Below, one piece after another: positions 18,215-25,125 of a stretch of DNA of 32,000 bases. The position numbers were made by a program, and so were the translations under genes. The notes beneath the pieces were generated by a model that was not told the DNA's origin, did not search any database, and saw nothing but the letters and a program-made list of their open reading frames with translations. The number at the start of each line of letters is the position of its first letter. Position 1 is the first letter of the stretch. The stretch covers positions 3,561-35,560 of IMG/VR virus record IMGVR_UViG_3300031820_000002; one strand, given 5' to 3'. Source of the stretch: a virus.

Positions 18215-18483
18215 TGAACGAGATCATCATCATGCAGCCGGCAGTAGCCGAGAGGCTCTCCGCCACCGCCGCAGGTGCAGTCAGCCTCTTCAAGGCAGCC
18301 TTCAGGAAGACAGACCGCCGAAAAAGGATAATCCGCCCGAGGGAGCACCTTATCCATCTCGACGATGTATAGATGACCGACGGACGGGAACGACGCGGCA
18401 ACCCCTCTGACTCGCCCACGACCCTTCAGGTCTGGTGTGTCGACGAAGACAAGCTGGTCTTGCCTGTACGTGTACTCGGCCAT
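18211..18483 (-). CDS. Hypothetical protein
   Basis: First ORF after the promoter box at 18511. Overlaps the ligase start by 4 nt. Confidence 0.45.
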   Translation of the reverse strand: MAEYTYRQDQLVFVDTPDLKGRGRVRGVAASFPSVGHLYIVEMDKVLPRADYPFSAVCLPEGCLEEADCTCGGGGEPLGYCRLHDDDLVQ

Positions 18484-18510
18484 TTACCCGGGGTATCAGG
18501 TGATGGTCGG

Positions 18511-18518
18511 ATTGTCAA
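18511..18518 (-). promoter_or_regulatory. -35-like TTGACAAT box
   Basis: Plus-strand ATTGTCAA, between tRNA-Ser(TGA) and the ligase operon. Confidence 0.5.
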
Positions 18519-18520
18519 GA

Positions 18521-18613
18521 TGGAGGAGAGCTGAGGAATCGGACCCCAACCGAGTTACTCACCCGGTCCCTTCCGCTTCAAACGGACGCCCGTCCCAGAC
18601 GGGTTAACTCTCC
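18521..18613 (-). tRNA. tRNA-Ser(TGA), class II
   Basis: Acceptor GGAGAGT/GCTCTCC, loop TTTGAAG, long variable arm, CCA encoded. The T-loop is an atypical TCCGATT. Confidence 0.75.
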
Positions 18614-18638
18614 AAATGCGGCCGAAGCCGCTACAGGC

Positions 18639-19193
18639 TCACTCGTCCTGCTGCTCGGTCAAATCCGAGGTCCAGTACAGGTACGACGCCCAGGCGTCAG
18701 GAGCTGACGTCTGGCTGACCTGGATGGTCATCACCGGTACCCAGTTCGGCTGCGCCGGCTTCGAAAGCAGACGCATTCCAGCCTGAGCCGGCGTGCGGTC
18801 TTTCTTGTCGCGGTTGCAGTCGTAGCAACAGGTGACGATGTTGCTCCACTCGGTCTTTCCGCCCTGCGCGCGGGGAGTGACGTGGTCGTACGTCAGATCC
18901 GCCATCTTGCCCTTCATGCCACAGTACTGGCAGGTGTACTTGTCGCGGGCGAAGATGTTGACACGAGAGAACTTGACCTTCTGCTTGTGGCGCCGGAACG
19001 CATTCAGCAGACGGACAACAGCGGGGATCTTGATGACGAGGCTGACCGACCGGACATCGTGGTCGTACTCCTCGATGACCTCAACCTTTCCCATCGTCAG
19101 TAGAGTGATAGCCCTCTGCCAGGAGATGGCCTTGATCGGCTCATATCCCTGAGAGAGCACAAGAGTTCGCAAATTCGTAGTAGCAGTCGACAC
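18639..19193 (-). CDS. HNH endonuclease
   Basis: CQYCG...DHVTPRAQGG...NIVTCCYDCNRDK. Confidence 0.85.
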   Translation of the reverse strand: MSTATTNLRTLVLSQGYEPIKAISWQRAITLLTMGKVEVIEEYDHDVRSVSLVIKIPAVVRLLNAFRRHKQKVKFSRVNIFARDKYTCQYCGMKGKMADLTYDHVTPRAQGGKTEWSNIVTCCYDCNRDKKDRTPAQAGMRLLSKPAQPNWVPVMTIQVSQTSAPDAWASYLYWTSDLTEQQDE

Positions 19194-19253
19194 GAGGGCA
19201 CCTCCTTTCGTTTGGTTCTATATCTACAATCGTAACAGATTTCGTTTTCAGGG

Positions 19254-19336
19254 TGCCCCGGGCGGGAGTCGAACCCGCACGCTTTTTACGGCGCTCGTTT
19301 TTGAAACGAGTGTGTCTACCACTCCACCACCAGGGC
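19254..19336 (-). tRNA. tRNA-Leu(CAA), class II
   Basis: Acceptor GCCCTGG/CCGGGGC, loop TTCAAAA, long variable arm, T arm GCGGG-TTCGACT-CCCGC. Confidence 0.8.
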
Positions 19337-19409
19337 GCACGCGACCGGAATCGAACCGGCAACCTTCCCGTTGCTTAGGCGGGATGTTCTACCTTTGAAC
19401 TACGCGAGC
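19337..19409 (-). tRNA. Atypical tRNA with a 9-nt anticodon loop CCUAAGCAA
   Basis: Good D arm (GTTC/GAAC) and T arm. The TCCCG/CGGGA stem encloses 9 nt. There is one acceptor mismatch, and the gene abuts tRNA-Leu with no spacer. Confidence 0.5.
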
Positions 19410-19452
19410 ATGAGCCGATTAAATCGTCTCTCTATTCGAATGTCAAAAGAGA

Positions 19453-19534
19453 TGGTGCCGGAATCGGGACTCGAACCACAATTTCTCTCGGCGCCTCACG
19501 GCGGCGAGCACATTATCGATATATGCTATCCGGC
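19453..19534 (-). tRNA. tRNA-like: either a D-armless Ser(CGA)-like tRNA or one whose anticodon arm is replaced by a GUGA-capped 9-bp hairpin
   Basis: Acceptor GCCGGA./.TCCGGC plus ACCA. Only two internal arms: CATAT-ATCGATA-ATGTG and CTCGCCGCC-GTGA-GGCGCCGAG. The T stem is weak. Confidence 0.4.
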
Positions 19535-19539
19535 ATTCG

Positions 19540-19653
19540 TGCGGATGGATGGACTCGAACCACCGACTCCCAAGTTATAAACCTGGTACTCTTCCTGGCG
19601 TCCTTGTTCACGTCGATTGCTCTTCGTGGGATCGCTCTCTGAGTTACATCCGC
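19540..19653 (-). tRNA. tRNA-Ile(TAT) interrupted by a 49-nt D-loop insertion
   Basis: Acceptor GCGGATG/CATCCGC. The D stem ACTC/GAGT is separated by 49 nt. Anticodon arm CCAGG-TTTATAA-CTTGG, T arm GGTGG-TTCGAGT-CCATC. Confidence 0.6.
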
Positions 19654-19658
19654 AGATG

Positions 19659-19734
19659 CGGATCGGGCGGGATTTGAACCACACAGTTCCCAGGGCTATT
19701 AACCCCGGGTGTTCTACCGTTGAACTACCGATCC
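19659..19734 (-). tRNA. Atypical tRNA (loop UUAAUAG, apparent anticodon AAT; weak T stem)
   Basis: Acceptor GGATCGG/CCGATCC, D arm GTTC/GAAC, 7-bp stem CCCGGGG/CCCTGGG. The T stem has only 2-4 pairs. Confidence 0.45.
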
Positions 19735-19740
19735 ATTTGG

Positions 19741-20094
19741 TTATTTGATCAGAGGGAAGTTTGACACCTCCTTCTTCACAAGGGATCGGTGGCACGGCAC
19801 GATGCCGATAGCCATAAGTTGACCATTCCAGGGAGCATCGGGCTCTCGGATGGCAACATGAGGAATGTTCTTCTTCTTGAGCTTCTGTTCGAGTCGAAGA
19901 AGCTCAAGCTCGCTGCGCGCACCAAGGGCAACCGCTCGTGTATCAGACGGAAGGTTGCCAGGGCTGCTCTCGCCTGCGGCGTGAATCAGCTGGGCGCAGA
20001 GGTCACCGATGGGAGCATCGAGGCGACCAATGCAGTAGTGGTAGAGGCAATTCTCGACGGAAACGACCGGAGAATCGTCTGGACTTGCAGGCAA
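19741..20094 (-). CDS. Pth2-family peptidyl-tRNA hydrolase-like protein
   Basis: At 117 aa, the spacing of AQLIHAAG...VALGARSELELLRLEQKL...HVAIREPD...LMAIGIVP resembles PTH2. Confidence 0.5.
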   Translation of the reverse strand: MPASPDDSPVVSVENCLYHYCIGRLDAPIGDLCAQLIHAAGESSPGNLPSDTRAVALGARSELELLRLEQKLKKKNIPHVAIREPDAPWNGQLMAIGIVPCHRSLVKKEVSNFPLIK

Positions 20095-20173
20095 CCACGC
20101 CGCCTGCGGGGCACTCGAAGCGTCAAGCTCGGGAAGACATCGTGGAAATGACGATAGGGCCGACCAGGAGACC

Positions 20174-20179
20174 TGTCAA
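20174..20179 (-). promoter_or_regulatory. TTGACA -35 box with TATCGT 17 nt downstream
   Basis: Plus-strand TGTCAA at 20174 and ACGATA at 20151-20156, upstream of the Pth2-like gene. Confidence 0.4.
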
Positions 20180-20181
20180 CC

Positions 20182-20493
20182 CTACTTCTCGACTTTCACG
20201 CAACGGCCGAAAATCGCAGAGGGAGCAACCCAGCCGTTGATGAATCCCTTGTTGTTGGCGATTTGGAATCGCTTATCGGCGCCGATGGCCCTGATGAGAT
20301 GGAAGAGCACCTTGCCGTTTACCTTGACGAGTACAACGTCACCAACGTTGAGTGAGCCGGCATCTGTCACCGGCTCCACGGTGCAGAGGTTCCCGTCATC
20401 CACCTTGCCCGTCATTGAATTGCCGCGAGGCCGGAACTGAACGGTTTCTCCAGCCTTCAGCTTCGCGATATGTCCTGTTGCCCATCCATCCAT
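20182..20493 (-). CDS. S24 (LexA/UmuD-like) peptidase-fold protein
   Basis: RGNSMTGKVDDGNL..V resembles the GxSM Ser motif, with a downstream Lys region (ANNKG). Confidence 0.5.
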   Translation of the reverse strand: MDGWATGHIAKLKAGETVQFRPRGNSMTGKVDDGNLCTVEPVTDAGSLNVGDVVLVKVNGKVLFHLIRAIGADKRFQIANNKGFINGWVAPSAIFGRCVKVEK

Positions 20494-20510
20494 TGCTTGT
20501 ACCTACAAAT

Positions 20511-20690
20511 CTAGAAGCAGCAGCTATCACGGTAGTGACACTTTGGGCACTTCATATGCGCGTGTTCGGGCACTAACGGGATATTGCAGGTTGGACAGGA
20601 GATATCCGGGTCACATGTAGCGCCTAGAAGACGCTCAAGTTCCGCTACATCCACGAATCTAGGTTCCGCCTTCTTTTTCTCGTCTGTCAT
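20511..20690 (-). CDS. Zinc-ribbon protein
   Basis: Start trimmed to MTDEKKK to clear tRNA-Leu. Contains CPTC...CPKC. Confidence 0.5.
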   Translation of the reverse strand: MTDEKKKAEPRFVDVAELERLLGATCDPDISCPTCNIPLVPEHAHMKCPKCHYRDSCCF

Positions 20691-20693
20691 TTG

Positions 20694-20776
20694 TGTCACC
20701 GACTGGATTCGAACCAGCACGCCTTGCGGCACCAGCACCTCAAGCTGGCGAGTCTACCAAGCTCCTCCACGGTGAC
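20694..20776 (-). tRNA. tRNA-Leu(GAG), class II
   Basis: Acceptor GTCACCG/CGGTGAC, arm CCAGC-TTGAGGT-GCTGG, long variable arm, T-loop TTCGAAT. Confidence 0.85.
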
Positions 20777-20780
20777 GTAA

Positions 20781-21998
20781 CTACTTCTTGTACTTGCCGA
20801 TGCCGAAATGGTCAGCAAGTGTCTTCTTCACGTCTTCGAAGATCTCGTTCACGGAGCGGTTCATGTCGAGCGTAACGACGTTCGACATGTCGCCGAACAG
20901 CTTCTTGTACTCGACGTCGCAGGCATGCGCGTATTTGACGGCACTTTCCTCTGCGCTCTGTGAGTATCCGATGTCCATGCCGGCGGCGTAGTAATTGGGA
21001 ACGCCCTTGTCTTTCATGATGCGCTCGAACGCCAGCCGAACTGGTGCGATGCAGTGGAAGATCAGATCGGGCTTCCGCATGCCACTGTAGACGTAGTTCA
21101 GAAGCTGCGTGTCTACGCCGCGAACCTTGTCTCGTACGTACGAGGTGTAGATATAGCGATCTGTGACGACGATGTTGTTCTCCTGCAGAGCAGGAATCAC
21201 ATCGTTTTCGTAGCGAGTGATCATGTCAGCCGCGTGCAGGATGCTGAACATGACCGGCGTCAGAAGTTTTTTCTTCTTGGCCTTCTTGATCGTCTTGCCG
21301 AGCAGCTTTGACGAATTCCACTTGGTGGTGGCGACGTCGTATCCGTGATCATCTAGCCAGTCGACGAGATGCTCCGTTTGAGTCGTCTTGCCCACGCCAT
21401 CCACGCCCTCAAATACGATGAAGAGTCCTTTGTCGGTTTTCGTCTTGGCGTTGAGGATGTCGTTGACCTGGTCGTCGATGATATCTTCGACGAGGGCGCC
21501 TGGTGCCCGCATGATTGCTTCAACCGTCTTGTGGTGGGCGAAAGCGAAGCTCGCAGCATGGTGAATGCGGGCGTTGTCCTGGAAGGCCATGTGCGGCAAC
21601 TTGCCAATGGAGCACCACTTCGCCTCGGCGGCGTCAGATCCGGCCTTTGCTTCCGCGTTCGGCTTAACCTTGGCCCAGAACGTCACCCCTGATTTGTTGT
21701 GTCCGAATTCCGGGTATCCTGGATTCCACGGGGCAAGAAGGTGCAGCTCCTTTAGGTGAAGGCCGGTTTCTTCTTTGGCTTCCCTGCGAGCGCCATCTTC
21801 AACGGTCTCGTATTGCTCGACATGACCGCCGGGTAGAGCCCACCAGCCCTTGAACGGGGCGCCGCCACGTTTGGTGATCAATACTTCGATGCCGTTCTGA
21901 GGGTCTTCGCGGAAGATGGCCACGCAAGCAAGGACGCCAGTATCATTGGACGTCATCTCGCGAAGCTCGTCGCAAACCCGTCTCAACGACGTAAGCAT
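20781..21998 (-). CDS. tmk: Nudix hydrolase - thymidylate kinase fusion protein
   Basis: N-terminal Nudix box GGHVEQYETVEDGARREAKEETGL. C-terminal FIVFEGVDGVGKTT P-loop plus TDRYIYTSY (DRY motif) of dTMP kinase. Confidence 0.8.
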   Translation of the reverse strand: MLTSLRRVCDELREMTSNDTGVLACVAIFREDPQNGIEVLITKRGGAPFKGWWALPGGHVEQYETVEDGARREAKEETGLHLKELHLLAPWNPGYPEFGHNKSGVTFWAKVKPNAEAKAGSDAAEAKWCSIGKLPHMAFQDNARIHHAASFAFAHHKTVEAIMRAPGALVEDIIDDQVNDILNAKTKTDKGLFIVFEGVDGVGKTTQTEHLVDWLDDHGYDVATTKWNSSKLLGKTIKKAKKKKLLTPVMFSILHAADMITRYENDVIPALQENNIVVTDRYIYTSYVRDKVRGVDTQLLNYVYSGMRKPDLIFHCIAPVRLAFERIMKDKGVPNYYAAGMDIGYSQSAEESAVKYAHACDVEYKKLFGDMSNVVTLDMNRSVNEIFEDVKKTLADHFGIGKYKK

Positions 21999-22000
21999 GA

Positions 22001-22210
22001 TCAGTCCGAGTAGCCCTTAACGCCACGGCGCGGGATGTTCACATCGTCAGGGGCTTTGGTCTTCAGCTGCTTCTTGCCTTGCTGACGGAGGTAGCGGGTA
22101 GCTCCGCGTTTGGCTTCCTTGCTGGCACCGGGGCTGCGCTGAAACGCAGCACGCAAGGAGCCGCGCATCAAAGCCTCGGTGCGAATGTCTTCGATCAGCT
22201 GCTTGAACAT
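22001..22210 (-). CDS. Hypothetical basic protein
   Basis: ORF of 69 aa, coupled to its neighbours. Confidence 0.4.
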   Translation of the reverse strand: MFKQLIEDIRTEALMRGSLRAAFQRSPGASKEAKRGATRYLRQQGKKQLKTKAPDDVNIPRRGVKGYSD

Positions 22211-22464
22211 TAGCGTCGACCTCTCTCATACCAGTCGCTGCACATTTCATCGAGCGGCCAGCTGGGAAGTTTATGGCTGCCGCCATTCCAGCGAGCGTAG
22301 TGAGGAGACCCGCAGGAATGCTCCTTTACGTTCACGAAACGGCAGTTGGCGCAGGAAGATCCACCTTTTGGAACCCTCAGCAACGCCTTATGGTCGGACG
22401 GGAATGTCTCCGCGTTAGTCTCGCTAAGCACGCGACGAGATTCGTGGATGATCCATCCGAACAC
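22210..22464 (-). CDS. Hypothetical Cys-rich protein
   Basis: ORF of 84 aa containing CANCRF...HSCGSPHY...MCSDWY. Confidence 0.45.
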   Translation of the reverse strand: MFGWIIHESRRVLSETNAETFPSDHKALLRVPKGGSSCANCRFVNVKEHSCGSPHYARWNGGSHKLPSWPLDEMCSDWYERGRR

Positions 22465-22520
22465 CTCGCTACACTATTCCAACAGATCCGTGCTGTCAAA
22501 CCTCAGCAAACACACGGTTT

Positions 22521-22598
22521 TGGTACCGACGAGGGGATTCGAACCCCTACTGCTCAGATCCTAAGTCTGACGCCTCCTACCAGTTGGGCTACGTCGGC
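22521..22598 (-). tRNA. tRNA with anticodon TAG (Leu by anticodon) but a short variable loop
   Basis: Acceptor GCCGACG/CGTCGGT, arm TCAGA-CTTAGGA-TCTGA, 5-nt variable loop, T arm AGGGG-TTCGAAT-CCCCT, CCA encoded. Confidence 0.7.
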
Positions 22599-22606
22599 AA
22601 AATCTT

Positions 22607-22683
22607 TGGTACCCCCGGCCGGAGTCGAACCGGCACTGGACCAGGCTTAAACTGGATGTCTCCTACCGTTGGACTACGAGGGC
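22607..22683 (-). tRNA. tRNA with anticodon TAA (Leu by anticodon) but a short variable loop
   Basis: Acceptor GCCCTCG/CGGGGGT, loop TTTAAGC, T arm GCCGG-TTCGACT-CCGGC, CCA encoded. Confidence 0.7.
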
Positions 22684-22868
22684 AAACACAACTCTAGCGG
22701 GACCTTTTGCACGATAATGGTGTTGCCGCACCGAAAGAAGTAGGTTCTTCCATCGTGGGAATCGGCGTCTGCAAGCGCTTGCGCGGCTGCCGAAGATGGC
22801 CCCAGGATTCTGGCCGTTGCCTCTAACACGTCCCTTGAGACCTTCGTCAGCTTCTTGCGTACTGCCAT
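22674..22868 (-). CDS. Hypothetical protein
   Basis: ORF of 64 aa. Its 3' end overlaps the tRNA by 10 nt. Confidence 0.4.
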   Translation of the reverse strand: MAVRKKLTKVSRDVLEATARILGPSSAAAQALADADSHDGRTYFFRCGNTIIVQKVPLELCLPS

Positions 22869-23138
22869 TTAGTTCACCGGAGCTGTGTTGAACCCCATCT
22901 GGATGAGCGCGTTGCGCAGGTTGCGGAAGTTGGGGTTCGCACTGTTGACGGTTGATGCCGCCAACTCGATGTATCCAACCAGGGATTCATTGTCGAGTTC
23001 GTCGATGCGGGCTCCGGTGAAGAGAACGGCATCATGGAGCAGGCTGTAGCAATGACGCTTTTGGTCGTCACGCTTGCACTGACGCTGAAGGTCAGCCATC
23101 TGAGCCTGCATCCGCTTGACCTTATCTTGAATCGACAT
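22869..23138 (-). CDS. Hypothetical protein
   Basis: ORF of 89 aa starting 3 nt downstream of tRNA-Val. Confidence 0.45.
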   Translation of the reverse strand: MSIQDKVKRMQAQMADLQRQCKRDDQKRHCYSLLHDAVLFTGARIDELDNESLVGYIELAASTVNSANPNFRNLRNALIQMGFNTAPVN

Positions 23139-23140
23139 CT

Positions 23141-23216
23141 TGGTACCCCCGGCAGGGATTGAACCTGCGACATCCGGCTTGTAAAACCAGCGCTACTTCC
23201 ACTGAGCTACAGGGGC
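23141..23216 (-). tRNA. tRNA-Val(TAC)
   Basis: Acceptor GCCCCTG/CGGGGGT, loop TTTACAA, T arm GCAGG-TTCAATC-CCTGC, CCA encoded. Confidence 0.85.
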
Positions 23217-23249
23217 AAGGTCCGTCATTTTCATCAAGTGACCAACTTT

Positions 23250-24089
23250 TTAGATGGGCGCCCGCAGCACATCGCGGACATCGTAGCTGAGGCTGTTCCA
23301 CCACTCCAGCTCCGCCTTGGTGAGCTTCTTGTAGTACCGCCACACACCGAAGACACGATGCTCGGTGGAGTAGGTGCGCCACCAACCATTGTCTCCGAGG
23401 GAGCGGAATCCCGGCGAGCTGTACTTCTCGACGAGAGCAGCCGGCGTGGTCTCGACACGGCGGTGGAGGTCGTGGGAGATGTGGCAGCGACCACGGATGG
23501 CCTTGCAGGTATCCCAACGATCGACGTCATCGTGGAGCGCCCAGGCGTGGGGCTTCCAGCCGCTGTCGATCACCTTCCGGTCACGAGCAAAGGCGAGAGC
23601 CTGCGCCAGGGACGGACCGCTGTATCCGCTCTGCCATACACGACGGTAGCGCTTGCCACGGTCCTGCAGCAGTCCCTCATCGTCGATGAAGAAGCGCTGG
23701 CTGCGGTAGTGCGCCAGAGCATCGCTCGTCGTGCCAGCACCCTCCACCTCGGTCAGCATGTGCTGATTGACGATGTGCCAGGCGCTGAGCTTGCGAGTAT
23801 CGAACGTCCCCGCGAGCTTGCTGCGGACATCATCCCAGCGCTCGCCGCAGTGGCTAGCAAGCCAGCCGTAGCAGGGACCGAGATTGTCCGTGAAGCCCTT
23901 GTGGACCTTGTTGCGAGGCTCCGGGTCGGAATCCTCGGCGGCGTCGATGTCGAAACGCACGTTATCGAGCCAGACCTTGGTCCGGCTGCGCTCGTGACGG
24001 TGCGACTCGTTGCGCTCGTCTTTGTTGTGCTTATAGCGTCCGCCCTCGACGGCGGACCTCGAAATATCCTTGGTTGCCATGTACGTCAC
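23250..24089 (-). CDS. Hypothetical protein (279 aa)
   Basis: W/R/K/D-rich varied composition. The antisense ORF 23238-24128 (V/A/L/G/P-rich) is discounted. Confidence 0.55.
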   Translation of the reverse strand: MTYMATKDISRSAVEGGRYKHNKDERNESHRHERSRTKVWLDNVRFDIDAAEDSDPEPRNKVHKGFTDNLGPCYGWLASHCGERWDDVRSKLAGTFDTRKLSAWHIVNQHMLTEVEGAGTTSDALAHYRSQRFFIDDEGLLQDRGKRYRRVWQSGYSGPSLAQALAFARDRKVIDSGWKPHAWALHDDVDRWDTCKAIRGRCHISHDLHRRVETTPAALVEKYSSPGFRSLGDNGWWRTYSTEHRVFGVWRYYKKLTKAELEWWNSLSYDVRDVLRAPI

Positions 24090-24261
24090 TCCTGGAAATG
24101 CACTGCAAGTTCGCTAACTTACATGTGATTTCAGTAGTGCCGCGCATTGGTGTTTCCTTGGACTTTCGGTTGGTTTCTACGAGAGAGGCTTGCTTACCGT
24201 TGCTCCCTTCCGGGCCTGGCGGGGTTCACAAGTTGAATGCACCCTAATGGACGAGCGGCGC

Positions 24262-24269
24262 ATTGTCAA
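24262..24269 (-). promoter_or_regulatory. -35-like TTGACAAT box
   Basis: Plus-strand ATTGTCAA. Leaves a leader of about 140 nt before the 24089 start. Confidence 0.45.
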
Positions 24270-24276
24270 GAATTAG

Positions 24277-24405
24277 TCTGGCAGTGAAGAGTCGAACTTC
24301 TGTTTGATAACCGTTTCCGGTCGGTTCGCGAACGAACAAAGAAGTGGTCACGGAGCGCTACAGGCTTGCGCCTGCACCCTAGGGCCCTCCTAGGGAAGCT
24401 GCCAG
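24277..24405 (-). tRNA. tRNA-like RNA: acceptor and T arm, with the core replaced by three hairpins including module copy 1
   Basis: Perfect 7-bp acceptor CTGGCAG/CTGCCAG and T-loop TTCGACT. Internal hairpins are CCCTAGG-AGGGC-CCTAGGG, CAGGC-GCAA-GCCTG and the GTTCG-TTCG-CGAAC module. Confidence 0.5.
24307..24348 (-). repeat. Structured RNA module copy 1 (closed-P1 form)
   Basis: Sense ACCACTTC-TTT-GTTCG-TTCG-CGAAC-CG-ACCG-GAAACGG-TTATC. Confidence 0.6.
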
Positions 24406-24407
24406 AT

Positions 24408-24540
24408 TGGTCGACAGGGTCGGGAATTGAACCCAACTACCACCAGTCCCTTGGTAACCATAAATCTACGGTTCACCGAAGCGAACAAAGAGCGATCCAC
24501 GGCGTTTTTTACTGGTGCTCTACCGTTGAGCTACCTGTCG
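24408..24540 (-). tRNA. Interrupted tRNA (63 nt between the anticodon-stem strands, containing module copy 2)
   Basis: Acceptor CGACAGG/CCTGTCG plus ACCA, D arm GCTC-AACGGTA-GAGC. The CCAGT...ACTGG stem is split by the insert. T-loop TTCAATT. Confidence 0.55.
24453..24502 (-). repeat. Structured RNA module copy 2 (closed-P1 form)
   Basis: Sense CCGTGGATCGCTC-TTT-GTTCGC-TTCG-GTGAAC-CG-TAGATTTAT-GGTTACC. P1 has a G.U pair valid only on this strand. Confidence 0.6.
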
Positions 24541-24541
24541 G

Positions 24542-24612
24542 TCCCCCACGGAAGAGTCGAACTTCCGTCCTTCGCTTATCAAGCAACCGCTCTGCCATTG
24601 AGCTAGTGGGGG
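24542..24612 (-). tRNA. tRNA-Ile(GAT)
   Basis: Acceptor CCCCCAC/GTGGGGG, D arm GCTC/GAGC, loop TTGATAA, T arm GGAAG-TTCGACT-CTTCC. Confidence 0.8.
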
Positions 24613-24668
24613 TTGTTACAGATCTTTGTGCGTTTGTTCCAGATCCAGATCGGGGATAGCCTTTGATC

Positions 24669-24827
24669 ATGCTGATCGCAATCTGGCCACTCGTCATCGC
24701 CGTCATTGGCGCCCTTGTGTACGCGCTTGCGAGTAACTCGAAAGCGGCTGAACTTGGCCGCCTCGTGTTCTTCTGCGGGTTCTTCTGGCTGGTGTACAGC
24801 CTCGTTGGACACACGCTGAAGATGTGA
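24669..24827 (+). CDS. Small two-helix membrane protein (52 aa, hand-called)
   Basis: MLIAIWPLVIAVIGALVYALASNSKAAELGRLVFFCGFFWLVYSLVGHTLKM. Plus-strand gene nested in the minus-strand tRNA array. Overlapping minus ORFs run into tRNAs. Confidence 0.5.
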   Translation: MLIAIWPLVIAVIGALVYALASNSKAAELGRLVFFCGFFWLVYSLVGHTLKM

Positions 24828-24830
24828 TCG

Positions 24831-24903
24831 TAGGACTGGCTGGATTTGAACCAGCTACCCCGCGCTTATCAAGCACGTGCTCTACCAAGTGAGCTACAGT
24901 CCC
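24831..24903 (-). tRNA. tRNA-Ile(GAT), second copy
   Basis: Acceptor GGGACTG/CAGTCCT, arm CGTGC-TTGATAA-GCGCG, T arm GCTGG-TTCAAAT-CCAGC. Confidence 0.85.
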
Positions 24904-24913
24904 AAACTGAAAG

Positions 24914-24997
24914 TGCCGGTGACAGGGGTCGAACCTGCCTGGCCTTGCGGCCACTGCGCCCTGAACGCAGCGTGTCTACCAAATCCACCACACCGGC
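24914..24997 (-). tRNA. tRNA-Leu(CAG), class II
   Basis: Acceptor GCCGGTG/CACCGGC, arm CTGCG-TTCAGGG-CGCAG, variable arm TGGCCGCAAGGCCAG. Confidence 0.85.
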
Positions 24998-25098
24998 AAA
25001 AGGGAAGTCCGTGAGTGTGCTGCTACGCCAAATGCTCTAAGGGCTGTTTCGGCCGTCGGGGCTCTCGCACTTCTGCGTTCGCACTGCTTCCCCTCAGA

Positions 25099-25125
25099 CC
25101 CGCATTTCCTCTCGTACTGCGCGGG
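25099..25125 (-). other. Sarcin-ricin-loop-like hairpin
   Basis: Sense CCCGC-GCAGUACGAGAGGAAAU-GCGGG. The 12 nt AGUACGAGAGGA (complement of 25107-25118) equal 23S 2654-2665. Confidence 0.75.

Noticed and set aside
23238-24128. 296-aa plus-strand ORF.
   Set aside because: It is a mirror frame of the 279-aa minus gene. Its V/A/L/G/P-rich composition suggests it is non-coding.
24090-24261. The long leader of the 23250-24089 gene contains CUUGUGAACC and GAAAGUCC strings, suggesting another module copy or a regulatory RNA.
   Set aside because: It lacks the P1 partner strand and the GGUUAYC box, so the evidence is too weak to call.
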